From the IMG/VR virus record IMGVR_UViG_3300036915_000009, positions 1 to 58,855 of that record: a stretch of DNA of 58,855 nt; one strand, given 5' to 3'. Position 1 is the stretch's first letter. Each line of letters starts with the position of its first letter. The DNA is from a virus. Its lineage: Duplodnaviria > Caudoviricetes. Position numbers and translations under genes: made by a program. Below are positions 54,507 to 58,855 of this stretch, in pieces. Below the pieces are notes generated by a model that was given only the letters and a program-made list of their open reading frames with translations, searched no databases and was not told where the DNA came from.

Positions 54507-54935
54507 TTATTCACCTGAGCCCAGCATCAGCTTCGGCATCGTGCCCGATTCGTAGGCCTCGGCGATCCTCGGCGCAACGCTCGTGCCGAGCGTCGAGCCG
54601 TCAGGCAGCACGAGGTCCGCGAGGAACTCCTGCTCGGCGTTGGCGCCACCGCTCGCCACAAGTTCCAGCTTTGCCTTGATAACCAGCAGCAAGACCCGCC
54701 ATCGCTCGCGATCGATCTGCTTCGCGTCCTCGCAACCCTTTGGCCGCCGTGCTGGAACCGCTCGTCGGAACTGTCGGCCATCAAGAGTGAAGGCCACGAA
54801 ACCCTCGCGCTGGTGCACATCCCAACCGTGGACGACCTGAGCGGCGCCATGCTTGTTCAGCGCCCGCTCGATCTCCATGCGCGTGGTGGAGATGTCGACC
54901 TTGGTTCCGTGGGCGTAGCCTCGCCCGCGCGTCAC
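54507..54935 (-). CDS. Hypothetical phage protein
   Basis: YAHGTKV...EIE..L..HGA...WRVLLLVIKAKLE...EFLADLVLPDG. Confidence 0.75.
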   Translation of the reverse strand: MTRGRGYAHGTKVDISTTRMEIERALNKHGAAQVVHGWDVHQREGFVAFTLDGRQFRRAVPARRPKGCEDAKQIDRERWRVLLLVIKAKLELVASGGANAEQEFLADLVLPDGSTLGTSVAPRIAEAYESGTMPKLMLGSGE

Positions 54936-55291
54936 TAGTCGCCCGCTACCGCATTGTCGTTGCTCGCCTTGGCGCGGCGACTGGCGCGCTTCTTCGCTGG
55001 CTTCGCTGGCTTCGCTGCTGGCTCGTCCACGAATGGGTGTCCAGCATCGTACAGTTCCGCCTGAGCGCTCACCCAAGCCTCGCCCGTGTTGACCTCGGTG
55101 GACAGCTGGCGGATTGTCTCGCGGAACTGGCGCAGCTTCTCGTTCCACTCGCGGTTGTGGCTGCGCTTTTTTTCGAGCAGGGCTTCGCGATCGAGTTCGG
55201 CTTGGGCGAGTTCGTCGCTTCGCGCCCTCAACTCAGCTTCGTTAAGTCGCTTTTGGATCATCCCTGTTCGATCAACTGCAGCTTCACCCAT
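54935..55291 (-). CDS. Coiled-coil hypothetical protein
   Basis: GGAGG RBS; helical. Confidence 0.65.
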   Translation of the reverse strand: MGEAAVDRTGMIQKRLNEAELRARSDELAQAELDREALLEKKRSHNREWNEKLRQFRETIRQLSTEVNTGEAWVSAQAELYDAGHPFVDEPAAKPAKPAKKRASRRAKASNDNAVAGD

Positions 55292-55326
55292 GGGTCGTGC
55301 GCCTCCGGCTTGAATGGTCTTGGCTT

Positions 55327-55407
55327 GGCGAGGGGGTTGTCACCAAGTGGTCCCCACCCTGTGGATATGACTCACAGCAGGGTGGGGGACTTGGTGATGT
55401 TCTCGCC
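55327..55407. other. ~80-nt imperfect hairpin in an intergenic leader
   Basis: GGCGAG/CTCGCC, TCACCAAGT/ACTTGGTGA, CCCCACCCTG/CAGGGTGGGG arms. Confidence 0.6.
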
Positions 55408-55474
55408 CTGCCACGAGCGTAAGGGCAGATCGACCGCGCTAGCAAGCCAAAGGCCGCCGAGTGATCTCGTTTGC

Positions 55475-55486
55475 GATCCATGGATC
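55475..55486. promoter_or_regulatory. Palindrome GATCCATGGATC, copy 5
   Basis: Overlaps the stop of 55485-55781; upstream of the next gene block. Confidence 0.6.
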
Positions 55487-55781
55487 ACGCTGGCTCTGCT
55501 GGCTCCGGATCGGGTGGCAGATAGTCGCAGCCGTGAATGTGCACCGTGGTGTTGGCGGGAAGGGCCTTGAGTAAGCTCGTCGCAACTGGCTCGGGCTCGG
55601 TGCCACGGCTGAGATCCAGCACGAGCCCGGCCTCCACCACCAGTTCGAGCGTGGAATGACCGCGGTTGCAATCGTGACTCCAGCGCAATTGGCTGATGTA
55701 AGCGCTGATGTCCACGCCTTCGATGCTGATGCGGGTGCCTTCGTTGGTGCCGTCGCTGCTGATGACGATGGGCGTGGTCAT
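55485..55781 (-). CDS. Hypothetical protein
   Basis: ATGA-coupled. Confidence 0.6.
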   Translation of the reverse strand: MTTPIVISSDGTNEGTRISIEGVDISAYISQLRWSHDCNRGHSTLELVVEAGLVLDLSRGTEPEPVATSLLKALPANTTVHIHGCDYLPPDPEPAEPA

Positions 55782-56071
55782 GTCGTTGACGCCTGCTGCT
55801 GGTTCGCTTCCTCAGCGCGGCGAGCTGCTACTGCGGCCAGTTCCTGCGCTTCTGCGGCCAGGGTCTTTGCGATGTCGCTCAGCATCGCCTCCTGGTTGCG
55901 CAGTAGCTCAAAGCCCATCGTGCGCTCCATGGAGTCCCCCCGCTGCAGCCGCTTGCGGCCTTGTGCGACCCACTCCCCAATGCTGAGAATCAGCGCTGCT
56001 AGCGCCGTCCGTTCCTTGCTCAGCGTTATCAAGACTTCACTGGTCATAGCTGTGGCTGCTTCACTGGTCAT
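55778..56071 (-). CDS. Hypothetical protein
   Basis: ATGA-coupled to dnaB. Confidence 0.55.
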   Translation of the reverse strand: MTSEAATAMTSEVLITLSKERTALAALILSIGEWVAQGRKRLQRGDSMERTMGFELLRNQEAMLSDIAKTLAAEAQELAAVAARRAEEANQQQASTT

Positions 56072-57459
56072 AGCTCTGGCTCCTCTTCTCGGTTCTCTAG
56101 ATCGTCGTAATTGAAACCCGCTTGCTCATCGAGATCGAGGAAGCGGACGCACCAGGGTTGCCATTGCACGGTAACGCTGCCAGCGCTGACGTTGCGACCC
56201 TTGGCGAGGATGAGATCGGTTTCTCCTCGCTCCTCGCCCTCCACCTCGTCGCGATGAACGAAAAGCACCTTGTCCGCGTCCTGCTCAAGGGCGCCCGATC
56301 CACGCAAGTCCGCCAGCGTGGGGCGCTTGTCCGATCGGTCGCGCTGGCCGCGGTTGAGTTGCGAGAGCGCCACCACCGTAACGCCGAACTCCTTCGCTAG
56401 CAGCTTCAGCGCTCGGCTGATCCGTTCGAGTTCGTCGCTGCGGCTCAGGCCCCGCCAGTTCGCCTCAGGGCCCATCAACTGGACGTAATCCACCACCACC
56501 AGACCGAGCTTGCCTTGCTCGTGCTCGCTTCGAAGCCGACTCGCATGGCGGCGTACCCGAGAGCGCAAGCGGCTCGGCGTCAGCTGGCTGCCATCGTCCA
56601 CGATGACGGGCAGGCGCGCGAGATCTACCGTGGCTTGCATGACTTGCGACCACTGCGCCGAGGACAGTTGGCGGCGCTGGAGGTGCGAGAGCCCTACCCC
56701 GCTCGCGGCACTGGTCATGCGCTCGCCCAGTTCGTCGCGTCCCATCTCCAGCGAGAACACCACGCCATGACAATGGCGCTTGGCCGCTGCTGCTACGAGC
56801 CCCATGGCAAGCGCGGTCTTGCCCTGACCGGGGCGGCCGGCGACATACCAAAGCTCTCCCGGCACAAGGCCGAGCGTCATCGTGTCCAGCTCGGTCAAGC
56901 CGGTGGTGTTGCCCCGCGAGCGATGCTCTCGATCGGGGGCCAAGGCTTCGCGCGTGCCATCCATGACCTCGCGCAGCGTGCCGCTCGTTTCACGGTCGAC
57001 CCGTCCAGCAGCTGCGGCGAAGATCTCCGCCTCGCATTGGTTCAAGAAGGCTGGCACGTCCGCCGTCGTCTCCGGCTCCTGCGCCTGCGCCAGTAGTCCC
57101 TGCAGGCACGCCCGCATCCGTCGCAAGTCGCCTAGCCTGCGCACGATGCGCGCATGGCCCACCACGTTGCCGACCGATGGCGTGGCATCGACGAGCTGGG
57201 CGACGAACGCGGTTCCCCCGATGCGAGAAAGCGCGCCATTGGCTTCCAGCTGATGGCACAGCGTGACCACATCGATCACGCTGCCCACACTGTCCAGTTC
57301 CACCAGCGCCTCGAACACAAGCCGATGCTGGATCAGCCAAAAGTCCTCGGCGTCGAGTTCGTCGCGAACCTCGTCCAAACGCTCTGGCGCGAGCACTACG
57401 GCCGAGAGCACCGCGGCCTCGGCGTCCACGTTCTGCGCGGCTTCGTTCGTTCTAGCCAA
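56068..57459 (-). CDS. dnaB: Replicative DNA helicase
   Basis: AEAAVL, AGRPGQGKT, FSLEM, VVDYVQL, LSQLNR, LRGSGALEQDAD. Confidence 0.95.
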   Translation of the reverse strand: MARTNEAAQNVDAEAAVLSAVVLAPERLDEVRDELDAEDFWLIQHRLVFEALVELDSVGSVIDVVTLCHQLEANGALSRIGGTAFVAQLVDATPSVGNVVGHARIVRRLGDLRRMRACLQGLLAQAQEPETTADVPAFLNQCEAEIFAAAAGRVDRETSGTLREVMDGTREALAPDREHRSRGNTTGLTELDTMTLGLVPGELWYVAGRPGQGKTALAMGLVAAAAKRHCHGVVFSLEMGRDELGERMTSAASGVGLSHLQRRQLSSAQWSQVMQATVDLARLPVIVDDGSQLTPSRLRSRVRRHASRLRSEHEQGKLGLVVVDYVQLMGPEANWRGLSRSDELERISRALKLLAKEFGVTVVALSQLNRGQRDRSDKRPTLADLRGSGALEQDADKVLFVHRDEVEGEERGETDLILAKGRNVSAGSVTVQWQPWCVRFLDLDEQAGFNYDDLENREEEPEL

Positions 57460-58249
57460 GCGTCGACCTCAGCACATCCCATGCCGCCGCAGCCACGATC
57501 GGAACTTGTCCGTTGCCAGTGGCTCTAATGCGGTCCATCCGGTGGGCCACGCCATCAGCCACTCGCGTAAGATCAGGGAAGCTCCCCCAAAGCGCTTCTC
57601 TAAACTCAAACGCTTCTTCCCGACCCTTCCGGCGGAGCCGCCCTGATTGTAACCGTACGTGTAAGCCGTTGGCGTCGGCAGCATCGCTAGCAACCTTTGC
57701 GTGGGCTGGCCAGGTGCGTGCCATGTATAAGGGGAGAGCTCGTTCGCCTTCGTGGTCGGCGTTGGCAACAATCCACATTCGGCGGCGCTCGTGCGGCGCA
57801 CCGAAGTGATCAGCACCGAGCACGCCCCACGCCACGCGATACCCCAAGCGGGTAAGCCCTTCGATGACGAGGTCCAGGCCGCGAGTTCTGAGATGCGGGG
57901 AGTTCTCGGCAAACACCCACTGAGGCCCCACCTCGTCAACGATGCGGAGCATCTCTCGCCATAGCCCCGAGCGCTCGCTTTCGATTCCCGCCCGTTTGCC
58001 GGCGCTAGAGATGTCCTGGCAAGGGAAGCCGCCGGAAATAACATCAACTGCACCCCGCCACGGCCGGCCATCGAAGGTGCGGATGTCACTCCAGATCGGG
58101 AAGCTCGGCAGACAGCCGTCGAGCTGGCGTTGGCGCAGCGTGCGGGCGCAATAACTGTCGATCTCGACCCCGCCGATCGGAGCCCAGCCAAGTAGGTGGC
58201 CAGCGAGCAACCCGCCACCTGCTCCGGCGAAAAGTGCCAGCTCATTCAT
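57452..58249 (-). CDS. DNA cytosine-C5 methyltransferase, alpha-type polypeptide
   Basis: LFAGAGG (I), GGFPCQD (IV), ENS (VI), PHERRR (VIII), ATGNGQVP (X); no recognisable motif IX. Confidence 0.88.
   Translation of the reverse strand: MNELALFAGAGGGLLAGHLLGWAPIGGVEIDSYCARTLRQRQLDGCLPSFPIWSDIRTFDGRPWRGAVDVISGGFPCQDISSAGKRAGIESERSGLWREMLRIVDEVGPQWVFAENSPHLRTRGLDLVIEGLTRLGYRVAWGVLGADHFGAPHERRRMWIVANADHEGERALPLYMARTWPAHAKVASDAADANGLHVRLQSGRLRRKGREEAFEFREALWGSFPDLTRVADGVAHRMDRIRATGNGQVPIVAAAAWDVLRSTLG
57469..58245 (-). CDS. Overlapping-frame partner of the C5 methyltransferase (beta-type polypeptide)
   Basis: 258-codon nested frame; LPTPT twice and REWLMAWPTGWT resembling motif IX. Confidence 0.6.
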   Translation of the reverse strand: MSWHFSPEQVAGCSLATYLAGLRSAGSRSTVIAPARCANASSTAVCRASRSGVTSAPSMAGRGGVQLMLFPAASLARTSLAPANGRESKASARGYGERCSASLTRWGLSGCLPRTPRISELAAWTSSSKGLPAWGIAWRGACSVLITSVRRTSAAECGLLPTPTTKANELSPYTWHAPGQPTQRLLAMLPTPTAYTYGYNQGGSAGRVGKKRLSLEKRFGGASLILREWLMAWPTGWTALEPLATDKFRSWLRRHGMC

Positions 58250-58437
58250 TCGCCGCCTTGTGTGTGACGCCGCACGATGTGGTTGGCTTCGAGCAGGCCG
58301 ACGCCGAACACCTTGCTGATCGCTTCGACCAGTTGCCAGTGGGTTGCACCAAAGCATCTCGATTGCTGCACCAAGCGCTTCACCAGTTCGTCGTCCTTCA
58401 ATGGCTCCGGAAGCCCTGCCTCGATCTCGTGCTTCAT
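58246..58437 (-). CDS. Hypothetical protein
   Basis: Coupled on both sides. Confidence 0.55.
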   Translation of the reverse strand: MKHEIEAGLPEPLKDDELVKRLVQQSRCFGATHWQLVEAISKVFGVGLLEANHIVRRHTQGGE

Positions 58438-58855
58438 GCGAACAGCTGGGTGACGTTGGTTTCGAACTCCTCCGGTACCGGCGCAGCGCTTTCCGTTTTG
58501 GCCTTGGATCGCGCGAGAGCGGCCTGGTAAGCGGCTTTGCGAGCTTCCGTCCTCGCATCACGCTGGATCGGTTTCAGCCCCTTCACCTCCGCCACCTTGC
58601 GCAAGCGGTTGCGGTAGCACGCTTGCCAGTCGGTCATCATTTTGCCGTTGGCTCGCCAGTAGTCCACGAACTCTTCGCGGCACCGAAGCTCGTAAGCTTG
58701 CGAGAACCCGAGTTCCTCCGCCTTCGCCAGCACCGAAGCGTTTGGGGCGAAGTCTGCAGCTATCCGGCTTTTCCCTCGGTTCGACGAGCCTGACAAGCGG
58801 GTATTTTTCGACCTTGGATCATCATCCACCTCGTTCTGAGCGGGGGGGTTATGAA
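58434..58855 (-). CDS. Replication initiator, C-terminal DnaT-like domain (runs off window end)
   Basis: IAADFAPN...EEFVDYWRANG..MTDWQACYRN; frame open to the window edge. Confidence 0.65.
   Translation of the reverse strand, partial: HNPPAQNEVDDDPRSKNTRLSGSSNRGKSRIAADFAPNASVLAKAEELGFSQAYELRCREEFVDYWRANGKMMTDWQACYRNRLRKVAEVKGLKPIQRDARTEARKAAYQAALARSKAKTESAAPVPEEFETNVTQLFA

Larger units (their letters stand above)
1..58855. mobile_element. Near-complete Mu-like-morphology contractile-tail bacteriophage genome
   Basis: Terminase, portal, protease, capsid, sheath, tube, tape measure, baseplate, lysis and replication genes present; no host housekeeping genes; both ends lie in initiator-like sequence. 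Confidence 0.93.

Noticed and set aside
56036-56080. 24-bp-period duplication at the dnaB junction
   Set aside because: Simple local duplication giving MTSEAATAMTSE; no sign of function
1-58855. Transposable Mu-type prophage
   Set aside because: Only morphogenesis genes are Mu-like; no DDE transposase or MuB, and replication appears to use an initiator plus DnaB
1-58855. Apparent abundance of GATC/CGATCG (HIP1-like)
   Set aside because: Visual impression only; cannot be separated from codon usage without counting

Overview
The window looks like a nearly complete ~58.9 kb high-GC tailed phage genome with Mu-like head and contractile-tail morphogenesis genes. I found no integrase, MuA/MuB transposase, reverse transcriptase, tRNA or CRISPR array. 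Both ends fall inside what appears to be one replication-initiator gene, but the ends do not join in frame, so a short stretch is probably missing. A Cys-rich lipoprotein and the GC content suggest a myxobacterial host (inference). Layout: recombination/methylation operon (+, 1-7 kb); lysis, baseplate, tail and head genes (mostly -, 8-38 kb), with several genes displaced or inserted on the opposite strand; terminase genes with a ParB-N / ABC-ATPase-GNAT module (-, 40-45 kb); an array of small genes each opened by the same 20-nt leader (+, 45-50 kb); and an accessory/replication operon with RuvC, DnaB and a C5 methyltransferase (-, 50-59 kb). The most notable signals are mostly non-coding or overlapping: (1) a hairpin with a constant AGGCGC loop and covarying stem ahead of four structural genes; (2) a GATCCATGGATC palindrome at five transcription-unit boundaries; (3) three interlocked host-type parS-like sites forming a 42-bp palindrome, with no cognate ParA or parS-binding ParB in the phage; (4) a cassette-like gene array with ~90-bp direct repeats; (5) a C5 methyltransferase apparently split over two overlapping reading frames. 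All protein calls come from motif recognition and gene order by eye, not from database searches.
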